Origin: the human T2T-CHM13v2.0 reference genome, Homo sapiens
NCBI RefSeq assembly: GCF_009914755.1
Contig: NC_060929.1
DNA: 64,000 nt
Reading direction: 5' to 3' (one strand)
The stretch's first letter is position 1. The number at the start of each line of letters is the position of its first letter. This document shows, one piece after another, positions 29,726 to 45,422 of this stretch. The notes beneath the pieces were generated by a model, which made no database searches, was not told the DNA's origin, and saw only the letters and a program-made list of their open reading frames with translations. The translations under genes and the position numbers were made by a program.

Positions 29726-31949
29726 CAACAACTGTGGCAGAGAGGTAAAAGTAAAAATATCAAAATCACAGCTAGATTAGAGAAAGTTGAGATTTAAAAC
29801 TAGACAGTCTGGATCTAGAATCTGTGCACGTAACTATTGATTACATTGCCTCTAAAACACTGTACATAGCACCTAAGTCAATGTGGTACTTTTAGCAGTA
29901 ACACATAAAATCTTTTCAAAACAGAACTGCCCTGACAGAAGTAAAGAATTAAAACATTCTCATAATCAGAAGAATCCTTTCATATATATCTCACACACAT
30001 AGTCTGAAGGTAATTTTATACAACATATTTAATAATTTTGTGCATGAAAAAAATTTTGACTGCATTTTAACTGCAATCTCTCACATGAGGCCCAGTGTAA
30101 AGTCTTCTACTTCTGGTGTTATGTCAGTACTGGAAAAGTTTTGGATTTTGGAGCATTTCGGATTTTGGATTGTAATGCTCAACCTGTATCAAACAATACA
30201 GGTCCATCCATCTCTTTCTTGGCATTATAAGGAAGAGCTTACATATTAGAAGAGGACAAAGAAAGATGAATATAGTCAAACTGCAAAACTACAACTGAAC
30301 TGCTTTTAAGATACAGCTATGATCTCTCATAGCCTAAATGCCTTAAACTCAGGTTTGAAAAACACTGCTTTATTTTTACTGAAAATGTTTAGTAGAATCT
30401 ATAAGGAGACAATTTCCAACTTCTTTTCTTACACTGAAAAACAAAATAGTATCTTTCGCCAAAAGTGGTACCAAATCATCAGAATAAAATTTCCCAAAAA
30501 TTACACCTACCACCACACTTTGTTATCCTAGAATAATGAAATTACAAAATATGTCAACACTAAAGGAAAACAAAATTACATGCAATCTGATCCAGACATG
30601 AAGCATGATCTTGCACTTATCACTAATACTTTACAGTCCCACACCACAAATGCCTAAAATGGTATAATCACTGCATCCTCACTTCATATTGCATACTGGA
30701 TAAATCTTAAAAACCTAATTATTTATTGAGTTCCACATTAGAACACCATCTCCCAATAACCCGTATGTAATACTATGATCTGGCCACACTCACATGTTCA
30801 AGCTTTCATTCAATAGTCCCCAAATCTCCACCTCAATCAGAATAGTGTACTTGCCATCTCCTGAGTGTCATCACTACACTGTCTTGGATCATAATCTATC
30901 ATCTGAACTGCCCTCTTCCCTCCTCCTACCCAATCCAAGACTCAACAAAAGCTCCATATCTTTCATGATACTTAACATTACCTTCCCAGCTGAGGCCATT
31001 CTTTTCCTCTTTTGAACTTATTGTATCACTTACTAATATAATTCACTCGCCATGTAATCATATACTATCTTAAACTATAGTGTGACAAAGTTGTAAAGAA
31101 AGCATTCTCTAGACCTAGAGTGTCTGGCTTAATCCTGGTTCTACTCTTACTAAACTATGTGATCTTCCACTTGAAAATTAATTTCTCTGTGTCTTAGTTT
31201 CTTCATTTGTAAAATGCCGCCAGTCCACAACCTCACAGGGCTATTTTGAAAAGCAAAGATTAAGTCTTCCTAGTTCTCAGCAACAACTTAATGTTTTCTA
31301 GACAACTGAATTAAATATTTAACATGTAATACCAAAAATATGGGAATGTATACAAAAACATATGGATCAATACAATACAAACAGATAATGATACCATTCC
31401 TGATTGTGTTTAAATTTTTAAAATTCTATGATAATTTATTTTAAGAGGTACAAGATTAAGAAGTATACAGGCAGTGATGTGCTGTGCACTGACTTCTATG
31501 TAGGTGGCAACTAGACTCACAACTCTCCACTCTGATTGCCTTTCTATGCAGCCAGGCCACTCTGACTCCAGCAGAAGACTAAGATTTTTGCCTCTGAAGA
31601 AACTGAACCTGAGGCACAGAAGAGTTTAGATTTAGTCAACTGCATCAAAAACAGGATGATTAGGTGAAAGTCTACACAGTCAAAGGTAGTACTCACCTTG
31701 GAAACATGTGTAGCAGTTTTGTACACTCCAGGCAGGAGATTAAGAGATTCTCCTCTAGAGAAACTGAAAGGCCTCAAGGAAAAGACCAATAAACAATGAC
31801 ACTATGGGCTACCTAAAATAAAGCTGGTTTTAGTATTATCAAGCTATTCTTTAGTGAAACTAACCAAGCCCTAATTACATACAGAGCTTCCAATCAGCTT
31901 TTAGAGGCCATCTCTTAAAAATGAAAGGAATCCTCAGACATTAAAAAAG

Positions 31950-32146
31950 GAATCGGAAAACATTTTCTATGAAAGACCAGATAGTAAATACTTCAGGCTT
32001 TGTGGTCCATATGCAGTCTCTGTAGCATATTCTTCTGCCTACTTTGTTCCCCTAATCCTTTAATAATGTTAAAAAGCCATCTTAGCTCAAGAGCTGTACA
32101 AAAACAGGCTGCAACCCAGATACTGCAAGCCATAGTTAGGCAACTA
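31950..32146. mobile_element. MER58A-like hAT MITE
   Basis: gaccagatagtaaatacttcaggctttgtggtcca...ctgtacaaaaacaggctgcaacccagat. Confidence 0.7.
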
Positions 32147-32527
32147 TTATTAGATGTATCTAATACATCTAATAAGATGTATTAGAGTATCACATCTTAT
32201 AAAAAAAATACGAGCTAAAATCTGCAACAGAAAAAAAGTAACTTCAAGAAAAAAAGAGATGACAGACACAGCAGAATGAAGTTTAGGTATATAACTATAT
32301 ATACAGAAACAGATACATACATATTTTTATTTAGAGATATTTATAAACATAGGATATGCATATTTCATAGAGCTAGACAAAGATGAATGCATCTTTGAAA
32401 TAAGATCAGGATGCTATGAAAAATGAATGGTTAGACATCAACGAGAAACAGGACAGGAAAAATAAGAAAAAAAAAAGTCAAAAGTTCCATCAAGCAGAAC
32501 AAAAAGACAAAATGAAAAGTAAGACAA

Positions 32528-32885
<358 letters not shown>

Positions 32886-33594
32886 CTAATGAAAGTGAGA
32901 CAGAGAAAGAAAATGGGAGTGGAGGGACGGACAGAAGAAATTCTCAAAGACATAATCAAAGAAATTTTCTAAACTTGATGTTTCCAAATTAAAGAGCCTA
33001 CCAAAAGCCCACCACAAGGAAGTAAAAAAGATCCTCATGAGGTACATGAGCATGAACTTTCAGAAACAAGACAAATCAAGAGACAACTGTAAAAGTTTCC
33101 TCAGAAGAAAAATAAAGCAAAACTAGGTATATGCAAAAGATTAAATATCACCATGATAAGTAATTCTTAATAGCAATTTTCAAGGTTGAGGACAATGGAG
33201 CAATGCCTTCAAAATTATGAAGAAAAATATGGATAACCTAGAATTCTATAACCAACCAAATGCCAACAGAAAGAGTATAAAATTAAAACACTTTCAAAAC
33301 TGCAAAGTCTAAAAATAGTTACCTACCCCACATTCATGCTTTAGCAGAAAGCGCCACCAAAACATTTTGACAAATCAAGAAAGAAAGACACTAAATTCTA
33401 ATAGGAAAGAAAAGTCAAGGACAAGTAGGACAATTTCCTCAGGAGGAAGTATTTTAAATATTTTTACCTTCAAGCTGAAGATAAGCTTCCAAATGATGAA
33501 CAGGTTCAAGTTTTAGGTCTAAAATGGCAAATTTCTCTCAGATTTAGAATAACAACTTAATTAAATAACATACACTTATAAAAGTACTATTATG

Positions 33595-33875
33595 GGCTGG
33601 GTCCAGCGGCTCACACCTGTAATCCTAGCACCTTGTGAGGTCAAGGTGAGCAAATTGCCTGAGCTCAGGAATTCATGACCAGCCTGGGCAACATGGTGAA
33701 ACACCATCTCTACCAAAAATACAAAAAATTAGCCAGGCTTGGTGGCACGTGCCTATAGTCCCAGCTACTCAGGTGGCTGAGGCACAAGAATCACTTGAAT
33801 CCAGGAGGCTGAGGCTGCAACGAGTCAAGACCATGACTTCACTCCAGCCTGGGCGATGGAGCGAGATTATCTCAA
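33595..33875 (+). mobile_element. AluJ-like, no A tail
   Basis: Diverged Alu consensus. Confidence 0.88.
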
Positions 33876-36800
33876 TGCTCTTTTGAGAAGAAATAGACCA
33901 TATTCCAAGAAGAAATATTTTGTTGCTAATACACAAGTATGATAAATAGTATCCTAAGGAATAAACATAGAGATTTCTCAAAAAACTTTCACAAATTTAT
34001 GATTATCTCTTTAAAATAGATCACATTTCCACTCAACTAAGTGATTTTTATATAAACTGAGTTTTTCTATTCTGTGAAAAAAGATTCTATTGTTTTTCTG
34101 ATCACTGCTACTAAATAAAATCCCTAATGTTTTTCTATTCAAATAATTAAATCTTCCACCTCTGTTTTTCCATAAGAAAAGGCAACTAAAATACTCAAAA
34201 TATATTATACTTCACATTCTACATTGCAAAGAAACCTAGAAACTGTACCAAGAACTTATTACAGATATACACTGAAAACTAAAAATAAGTACATTAATCC
34301 TAATGACCTATTAAGTAAAAGTCTTAAAAATAATCTGATCCTATCTTCCAATGTTAAAAAAAATTTTTTAACAAAAATAATTTTAAACTAAAATATTTTT
34401 CATACTTTCTTAGATATGCAGTTTCCATTACTTTAATTACAGAGAAAAAGAACCTAAAATTCCCTTAGATATAAGCAAAAAACTATCGTGCTTGTTTAAA
34501 ACGCCATTCCACAAAAAAAGCTTTCAGCCAGCCTCAACCTAACCAGACTGTGAAGAGAATAGCCAAAAATTTCTGAAAGCATAATATACAACCTTTATTT
34601 AAAATACAAAAGAAAACTATCTTTTATTTTCAGAAAAATTTTTATTTTCAGAACAAAATTTCAGTTTCAGAAAAAAAATTATCACTTTGCAGCTAAAAGA
34701 GCAAAGTCAGACTCAATTATAAATTAATAAACAGAAATAATGTCCTATTACCCCAAATCTCTATTTAACTCTAGATTTTTGTCTTGAAATCTGAGTAATA
34801 TGACAGCATTAATGTCACAAAAAAATCTCCATGTTCATACAACAAACAAGCGTTGACATAACATGACATATACAACTTTTCAAGATAAAACAAGTACCTT
34901 GGCTCAGATTCAATAACTCTGAGTTTCATTCCTTTTCTCACTAGAACTGAAATCTTATGCAGTTTACTTCAGGGTATAATGTTTTGCTTTTCCTTATTAA
35001 TCTAAAGCAGAACATTTTTGTAAATAAAAGAATATAGTTAAAGCCTTTGAAGGAATTTAGAAATGGTGACTAAGTTGTACTAGTTTGTTGTAGTTGTTTA
35101 TTTCCCACAGCAAATAAAAACAACATTTGTAGACTTTTAATAAACAAATCTACATATAGAACTGATTATTAAACCAGAAAACCTTAAAATTTATTTTAAC
35201 TTAAACTAGTCACAGCTTTTAGCTTTGTATAAAATTTGTATGCCTGGCAACGAAAGAAAATTAAAATTTTAACACAGCCATGAAAACATACATAATAGGG
35301 TTTTGTACCTTAAACCTCCACATTGTAAAATACAAGCACTGTGGAAATGTGACTAATGATCCAGGCCTTTAACCAAATATAATAGGACTACTGAGAAGCT
35401 TTATCACTCTTTGTAGAATAGCTTTCTTCTCACTCAAATTCACATAATTGACTCAGTATTACTCTCTGTGCTACAGCTTATTTCTAAGAAAGATTCTTGG
35501 GAAAAAAAAAAACTATACATTGTAAAATATTTTCATTTTTTAAAGTTTTACTTCCACCAAAGGACCTCTGGCTTTGCAAGCAACATTTTTACCTTTTTAC
35601 TTTTCATTTTTTCATAAGCAAAAATGATACACTTCATATCCATAAAACCAGTACACACGCCTACAGCAACTCTAAGACTTCATGGGCCATCATACAGGAA
35701 AGACATTTACTAGAAATACTCCATCCTCATTGCAAGGGTTTCTTTACCTTTCTCCTTCCCCATAACATGTAACTTGGCATAAATGGAAGTGGAACACACA
35801 GACTTGGTCAGAGAAGATGGTTAGAATTACAAATGAGAAAGAAAGAAGAGTAGAGCTGAGAATTAGTTTGGGTTTAGGAGTGAGATTGAAAGCAGCTGTG
35901 ATGGCTGAGATGCATGAACAACTCAGGTGAAGCAGAAAGCAGAGCTGATGACAAGAGAAGACTCAGTTCTAGGTTTCAGGGTTCAAGGTTTTAGTGTCAC
36001 AAATTTTAAAAAGTCATTCCTGTGCTTTTAGAACTTTTAAGATTCTGTAGAAAGCATAATTTGCTGTCTTATGTATGTCACATATAAGTGAGGGGGGAAA
36101 GACAACAAAATGACCATGGAAGTTAAATACTTTGCTTCCTTTTAAGTGAACTGATTTTTAAAGTTTTATGTGTCTAATTTGGGGACCATTTTAACAAGGA
36201 ACATTTCATCAGTAACAACTGCAGAGAATTTCTGAATTAACTGAGGTATGTATGACTATGGAATCAAGCAAAGCTATTGTCCTGTGTAATCAATGCAGAC
36301 ACGTGTTTGACTACTAAGTAGGCACATACAATAAGAAAACAAAGAGAAGCCAGACAGGGGTTACTTCTGCTATATTCCAATCATAGGGTATGAAAGGAAA
36401 AACAGGTTATGTTATAACTAAAGATAAAAGATAGGATGTAAACTTATTTCTCTCTGGTGTTAAACTGGATATCTGGAATTTAATTCTGGTCTCCTATATG
36501 CCTTTAAAGGTGGTAGGTAACTTTATCACATGCTACAGGTTTGAACAAAAAAAAAAATCACATACTCAAGCATACACACAATTTTACTGCCTTCTTCCCC
36601 ACCCTCTTTTTGGAGAATCAAAGCTGGCAGAAAGTAGCTTGGCCTGTAAGCTCTTCAGAACTTTCTGTCCTCTCTGGGATAGGGAGACAGCCAGCGAGCT
36701 ACAGGATTCCTGCAGAGATGTTACTGTTTGATGCCTTTCAGGAATGGATTACTTAAAACGAAGCAAAGTCAGTTCAGTGCTAAAGGCTGTGTGGGACCTT

Positions 36801-37025
36801 TGCTCCCACATTATTAGGCATTATAGAGTAAAATGAAAGATAAAATTTACTCACATAAACAATATGAATAGCTATTAAAAAGTATATTTTTCTAATTTCT
36901 CTGGTACATATGTATCAAGGGCTCAATCACATTAAAATAAAACTGCATATCAAGTATATGTATTCCCACATATGTGTAAACCATGAAGAAAGTGAGGAAA
37001 AGAATATTCAATAATAAGCAATACT

Positions 37026-37315
37026 GGCAGGGCACAAAGACTCATGCCTGTAATCCTAGTGTTTTGGGAAGCCGAGACAGAAGGATGGCTTGAGGCCAGG
37101 AGTTTAAGATTAGCCTGGACAGCATAGTGAGACCCCATCTCTATAAAAATTAAAAATTAGCTGGGTGAAACTGCAGTCCTAGCTGCTCTGGAGGCTGAGG
37201 CAGGAGGATCACTTGAGCCCAGGAGCTCAAGGATACAGTGAGTTAGGACTGTGCAACTGCACCACAACTTGGGTGACAGAGTGAGACCTTGTCTCTGGGG
37301 AAAAAAAAGAAAAGG
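37026..37315 (+). mobile_element. AluJ
   Basis: Diverged Alu with ggatcacttgagcccagg. Confidence 0.9.
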
Positions 37316-37769
37316 CAATATTTTGGAGAACATGATAACTCACTGAAATCTAAAAAAAAGTAACATGACATATAATCAGCTCATGCTAATTATCACGGGA
37401 AAATATTTTTGATGTGTTTTATATGACTTGATGTCGAGGGATAGGTCTTTATTCTGATTGAATGGTATTTTCACATATTTAATACTACAGAATTAAACAG
37501 GAATATTTTATGTGCTTGAATTTAAAATCTGCTCTTGGAGTTAGTGCAACACTGGATATCTCAGATGTTTCTCAGCTGACACATGATTAGTATTTCTATC
37601 CAGTACACTACATACTTTGTGAGGATATTGACTCTTAAGACTTTGTTCTGGCTCTTCTAGTCTAAACTATACCTAAATCAATCCAAAAGAGGCAACGGAA
37701 AGGTAGTACCTGGTGATGAACTGTCAAATTATATCATAGATTTTAAATGGTATCCACTTAACAGATTTA

Positions 37770-40700
37770 AAAGATGGTGCCACAGTCTCCGGTTAAATAT
37801 TAAGATGTAAGACATGCATTTCCTCTGCTCATTCTCACAATCTGACTAAGGCACATAAAAAAGTCAAAAACCTCAAGAACAGATAATAGAAAAAGAGACA
37901 ACAATTAGTAAGTAAGTAAATAAATAAATATCAACAAAATTTTGGAAGATGTTAAGTGGATAGAAAAGCAATTAGGTTTCAGCTTTTTCTGCTATACTTG
38001 ATCTGCAAGGGGAGGAAGTCAGTAAGAAGAAAGCCAATTCATTCATCAGAAACCTGGGAAAAGTACTGTAGACATGAGGTACCTTCAAATACAGGGTTGA
38101 TGAATGGATAAAATAAGATTAAAAGTCTGTACTGCAGTTATTAAGACTTCCCAGATCTAGCCAGTTGTGGTGGCACGTGCCTGTAACTCTCAGCTACTCG
38201 GAGGGCTGGGGTGGGAGAAACATTTGAGCTCAGGAGTTAGAGGCTGCAGTGAACTATGATCATACCACTGCACTACAGCCTGGGCAACAGAGCAAGACTC
38301 TGTCTCTAAAAAAAATTTTTTTAAAGACAGATTAAGCAAATCAGTTACTTTTTATCTCTTCCTAAATCCCACCAAAATGATGGTAAAGGAATCTGGCTTT
38401 AAGGAACATAAATGAAGTAAGAGAAAAAGCAATAAAATTGTGGGAGCTAGAAAGCAGACTCAACAGAATGAGGAACCTCAATTGGACAGCTGAGAAGAAA
38501 TTTGACTTTTTACTGCAAAACTCCCCAAAAGGATAAGGAATTGGTTAGATGACAAATAATTCTCTACACTAGGGTAAAAGTGCTGGTTACTGAATGTGTG
38601 TGTGGTGGTGGCGGCAGCGGTGGGCGAGGGGGTGGTGGGGGGTAATAATAGGAGGTATTAGAAATAAGTACTAATGAAATTAGTACTTTTTAAAAGTAAC
38701 CAGTTCAATCTGCCCACATCTGAAGCAAGTATGGAGATTTATGCTTTGGAGAGGGTAAAAAGATAATCTCTGGCCTACCCATATGATTCAGCAACTTACC
38801 TCACCATGTGCTCAAAGCTTCCCTTCAGATTTTTAATGTCTCACACTTAATTATGGACAGGCAAACACCAATCACTAGAGCTCTCTAAGAAAAGCCTGTG
38901 ATGTGAAAGACAGCAACCAAACACAAGCAACTCAGAGTAAAAAGATACTAGGCAGAAAAAAAAAAAAAACCTTAACAAAATCTATCATTAATATCTTAAA
39001 TAGACATGGGAAGATAATGTAATCATAAAACGAGCAGAATTCCATCAAAGGGGCAGGTGAACAGAAGAAAAAGAGGTTGTGAAAATTAAAAATTATATCA
39101 GAAATTCAAAATAATAAACTCAATAAAAGATTAAGAAACTTAAGAAAATTTCCCAGAAAACCAAATAATATAAAAATATAAACATATTTCTTTCAAGCAT
39201 GCAAGAAAGAGGATGACATTCTTGGGAAACCAGTTTAGGAGATCGAATATCTGAATAATAAGCATTCCAGAAAGAGAGAAAATAGAGAAGGGAAAAATCA
39301 CCAATAAAATAATTCAGATGAGATTCGGTGTGTCCAGAGTGGTATGGCTGTAGACACGAATAAAATAATTCAAAACAATTTTCTAGAACTCAAGAACATC
39401 AGTTCACAGACTGGTAAAGTCCCAACACAGGGGATGAAAACAGACCCTAAATAAGGCACATCATCATAAAATTTCAACACACTAGGTGGCTAGGTAAAAA
39501 AAGATGGTAACGATAATGCAGAGAAAAAAACAGAACTTTAAAAAAAAATCAGATGGCTGGGCGCAATGGCTTACACCTGTAATCTCAGCACTCTGGAAGG
39601 CCAAGGCAGGAACCTGGAGGCCAGGAGTTGACACCAGCCTGGGCAAGCTGGGGAGACCCTGTCTCTACAGAAAATAAAGAGAGATGTGATTGCACCACTG
39701 CACTCCAGCCTAGGCAACAGAGTGAGACCCTGTCTCAAAAGAAAAAGAAAATAAATCAGAAATTGGATTGGCAGCTGCAGTTCTTAAGAGTAAGAATGGA
39801 ACTTCAAAGACAAAAACATAATTTTCGGCCTGGAATTCTATTCTCAGCCAAAGGAAAAATTAATTCTTAGGGTAAATTTAAAATATTTTCAAAAGCGCAA
39901 GGTCACAAAAAATGTAGTTCCCATGCAACCTTTTTGAAGATGATACTGGAGAATATGCTCTGCCAAAATCGGAAAGTAAACCAAGTAGGAGGCAGACATA
40001 GAATATCTTTAAAAAGAGCTCCAATTTGAGGGAGATGCAAAGAGAATCTCTAAGAAGATGACAATCAGTGATACCAGGGGCATAGGTGCACATCAGGTGG
40101 GAAGGTCAACCAATCTAGACTGGGGCTTATCTGAGGGTTCCAGGAGGAAAACTCTACTCAAGATGAAATTGACATATTACTTGATACTTCTGAATATATT
40201 AAGGCAAGTATTCATCTGTGAATGGTGTTTACATGATCATAACATAAACACTGAATACTGTTCTAAAAACATGACATCACTATATGTGGAAGATGAAATG
40301 AATAGAAACTGATCAGTGGCTAACTGCCAGCCCAAAGATACGTGCTTAATCCTTATTTCCAAAGTGAAATGGCAATAGTTAAAGCTTAAAACTAAAATCA
40401 AGGAATGGCCTTGAAAGTACATAGAAATATAAAAGTAAGCATGAAACAGAGAAGAGCAAGAAGAAGTTGCCTCTGGAGAGATGGAAATAGAGAAAAGAGT
40501 AGGGAACATATATAATTTTAATAAAAATAAGAAAACAAAAATATCTCCCAGTAGTAAAAGACATGAGTTTTCAGATTTAAAGGGTAAATCTAGAACTTAG
40601 CACAAGGATAAAATGTCAGAAACCAGAAGAATAAAAAGAAAAAAGCTTCCAGAGGGTTTATGTACAAGGCGAAGGATAGGTATACATGAAAAGCAAAAGG

Positions 40701-41520
40701 ATATCCAATTTCTCAAGAGACTTCAAAATTCTGAAGAAAACCTATTTCTTTCTTAGAATTTTCTACTGAGCCAACCTATCTATCAAGTATGAGGGAAAAA
40801 ATAAAGATAATTCCAGGCAAGCAAGATTTCAAAAAACAATTTAGCACCCTTTCTAAGGACACCATAGGAGAATGTACTCTGCACTCTGCAAAAAAGAAAA
40901 AGAATAAACCAAGGAAGAGGAAATCATGAGATCTAGACAGGGGTAGAGGGAATTCTTGGAAGACAGTGAAGAAAGTCACAGGATATTAGCTATGCTGGAA
41001 GTTTAGAAAACTGAGGGCTCCAGGAGGATATTTCCATGGGAAAAAAAAAACCAGAAATGAAGTATCTGAACTATTGAGGTTCTACCAATTCTGTGGAAGT
41101 TTACAGTTTCCACAATTATAAAAATAAAAAATTATTTAAGGAAGGTAATAATACACTATAATGCCTGGCTGTAAATAATATTTTCATAGGCACAACATGG
41201 TAAAAGTGACTATAAATTTAATAAAATGTTATCTCTAACTATTTTGGGAGAATGAAAGAAGGGAAGAAAAGGGAAGAGGGAGAAAGGTGCAATAATATAT
41301 AAATAGTAACATTATCACAAAATATTTAAACACAAGGAAGGAATTCCCAAAAGAAATGCCTAAAAGAGGTGAATGTGGCTGTCTCTGTGACATTAGACTT
41401 GGATAAGAAAAAGCAGGGCACTGGCATTTTTCTTATATTTAGCTTTTTAAATTATTTACCTCTATTACTTTGAAAAATATTTTCAATTACATAAAAAAGA
41501 TTTCAATAAAGAAAAGTTAT
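37770..41520 (+). mobile_element. Old L1ME-type fragments (5'UTR/ORF1) containing Alu pieces at about 38158-38315 and 39555-39755
   Basis: A-rich ORF1-like motifs (ggaattctattctcagccaa, ctatctatcaagtatgaggg); boundaries approximate. Confidence 0.55.
39314..39355 (-). pseudogene. Tailless 5S rRNA retropseudogene (5' 42 nt)
   Basis: Reverse complement GTCTACAGCCATACCACTCTGGACACACCGAATCTCATCTGA versus 5S rRNA GTCTACGGCCATACCACCCTGAACGCGCCCGATCTCGTCTGA; 17-bp TSD at 39300-39316 and 39356-39372. Confidence 0.9.
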
Positions 41521-41592
41521 CTAATGACATAAAATCTTTCTCAAATCAGAGATGAGATCTAATGGTGTTATCTGCAAAATAAATTAATATTA

Positions 41593-41841
<249 letters not shown>

Positions 41842-42289
41842 TTATGAGGATTTATTTATAATTAAAATACGCTAGACTTTATTTGTTCATTTGCAATGTA
41901 AGATTTACAAATATATGAATCTAAAAATGCAAGAAATAGACTGAGGATGTTAGCATCCCAAACTAAATTTTAATACCTCACAAATTAAAATAAACGTTAA
42001 AAGATTACCAAAAGTTATTTAAGTTGTTGGTAAAGTATGATTGCAAATTTACTGGTATTGTCTTAACTGATTAGCTACTTTTTACAGAAATTATTAGTAA
42101 ATATTTTCTTTTAAATATCTAGCTATGATACCTTAACTTCAGAAAACAACTTAGTCTGGAACACAACAATTTAGTTATACTGTTCACTTTTGTGAAGTAA
42201 GAGTTTAACTTTATGTTACAATTATTGGCTGTACTAATTGTAAACTAGTAATTCTGTGAGATACTACAGATTAAAATAATAAACAAGAA

Positions 42290-42581
<292 letters not shown>

Positions 42582-43076
42582 TTATACCCTATTTTGTTCT
42601 GCAAAAAAGTTTATAAAATGTCTGTTGATTTTCTATAAAACCATACCCCTTCAACAAACTATTCCATTCTTAAGAGTTTACATTGAAATTAACATTCTTT
42701 GAAAGTAAATATAATTCCATCACCCTTTGCATCTCAGGTGGCATAGGTATTCTGGTTTACTTCTACCAGAGTGTAGTCCAAAACATCAACATCATTTTTT
42801 AGAAGGCCTCCTAAAAATGTGGAAGTAAATCATGTACATAACCATCAATTCAGATGTTCTTATGGCACATAATAAAATGATCTGCATTGCTTTGGACAAT
42901 TTTTAGTCATGAAATATAATGCAATTACACTTGAAGATACGATATCCTTATAGAAAAAGTATTTTGAAAATATCACATACAGTAAGACCTATTAAAAGTA
43001 GTATCAAAACAAACTAACCAAATTTTGTACCATTTCTATAAGATGATCATAACATTTTTCCAAAATCCTATTATGA

Positions 43077-43424
<348 letters not shown>

Positions 43425-44656
43425 TAGGTTTTCTATTGTGATTGACCTACAGTTTCTGAACATAAGCCTGAAAGATACTGATGTGGTTACAGGATGCTTA
43501 CCCTCAATCCCTTCCCCCTGCTAAGAAAAAAAAAAATCACCCATACTGGGCTTTCATCTGGAAGGAGGTCAGGGAAGTGGATGGAAAGGATAGACCAAAA
43601 TCCATTTACGGTTTTCAATTTTATTATCAATAATTGAAATAAGCATTCTAATTCTCCAAACCTACCCATACTCATAGGGACTTCCTCCACGTAACTCACT
43701 CATAGCAGACAGTGAAGTGACATTCAAAAGTTCTAATGTTCTTTAAGAGGTTCTTATAATAGATAATACAAATTAAGACAGACTTTCATGATAATTATTG
43801 GGACATCAATAATATATACATTCCATGAAAGTACAAATTATATATATTCTTGGCTATTTAACTCAAGTGTTATATTCCTTGTGTAATCAATAATACAATT
43901 ATATATATGCCTTTTAATAAAATATTGAAGTCAAAAGAAGTTAAGACAGAAAACCCCATACTTTCACCTAATCACATATATACAACATGCATTCACAAAT
44001 GACTACAAAAACTTATAAACATATATGAACATCTCCCTGCTATTCTGGTTAACTGGAAATGCTCTTGATGTTACATGACCAATTGATAAATGAGTATCAT
44101 TTGCAACTAGTTCTCAAAATCCTAAAAGTGAAACCAAATACTCCATAAACTACATGCTAAAGCTACAATACCCTAAATTCATTTTTTTTTTTTTAGTTCG
44201 TTGAAATAGCCTAGTTCTCACTAAATGGCTGTACCACATTCAGTGTGTAACCCTGTCCATGTTATTCAACTCTTCTTTCTAATGAGTTAAGAAAAAAAAA
44301 AAACTGGTAAGTTACCCACTTCAGAATTGTGCAGATGGGGTAATACAAGTAAAATATTATAACAATGTCTGATACTCAATAATTTTAAGATCTTATTAAT
44401 TAGCTGACAAAGTATTCAATAAACATTATTAGTAAAAATGTCAAAACTACTAAAAATCAGGAAGAATGTTTATATATTCTTGTATTTATACACGTCTATG
44501 AACATTTTATACAAGTAAGCGCATATAGGAGTAGTGAAACAAATGTGACAACTACTAATCAAAAAGTCAAAGTGCCTTTAAATGTTTTAAATGTTGAATG
44601 TAAAACAGTTAAAAAGAAAAAAGAGGAAGACATAACCAGTCTTAAAAGTCTAAATG

Positions 44657-44974
<318 letters not shown>

Positions 44975-45252
44975 TTAGACAAGTGATTTATATTGTTCTT
45001 CACTGATATTTTTTAGTTCTAGGACATGCTTTACATATACATACAACCTTTACAGATGTAATAATAAACTTTCACGTATTTCGAAGCCACTTTGTATCAC
45101 AAAATAATCCTATTTGAGATGCTGGACCTCTTAAGATTTTTTGATGGTGGTATGATTTAACCCAAGAAGGGTCAAATTACATAATGACACCTTATATGAC
45201 ATTATCAAAATTATTTTTTAAAAACACGCATCATTTCATTTATCACATAAAC

Positions 45253-45422
45253 CAGTGGTTCTCAAACCTAGTCAAAAATCAAAATCACTTGGAGCACTTT
45301 TAAAAATACAAATTCCTAAAACCTACTCTAGATTTACTGAATCTTCAAGGATAGGAGTAGGGAATCTATTTCAAAGAACTCATCAAGTGGTTTTGATATA
45401 TCCCCAAGTTTAAAAACCAGTG
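45253..45422. mobile_element. MER5-like hAT MITE
   Basis: cagtggttctcaaac...tttaaaaaccagtg terminal inverted repeats. Confidence 0.72.

Noticed and set aside
37229-37236. Second GTATCCTT on the gene strand inside intron 5
   Set aside because: It lies in a diverged Alu with no exon context and is likely a chance match
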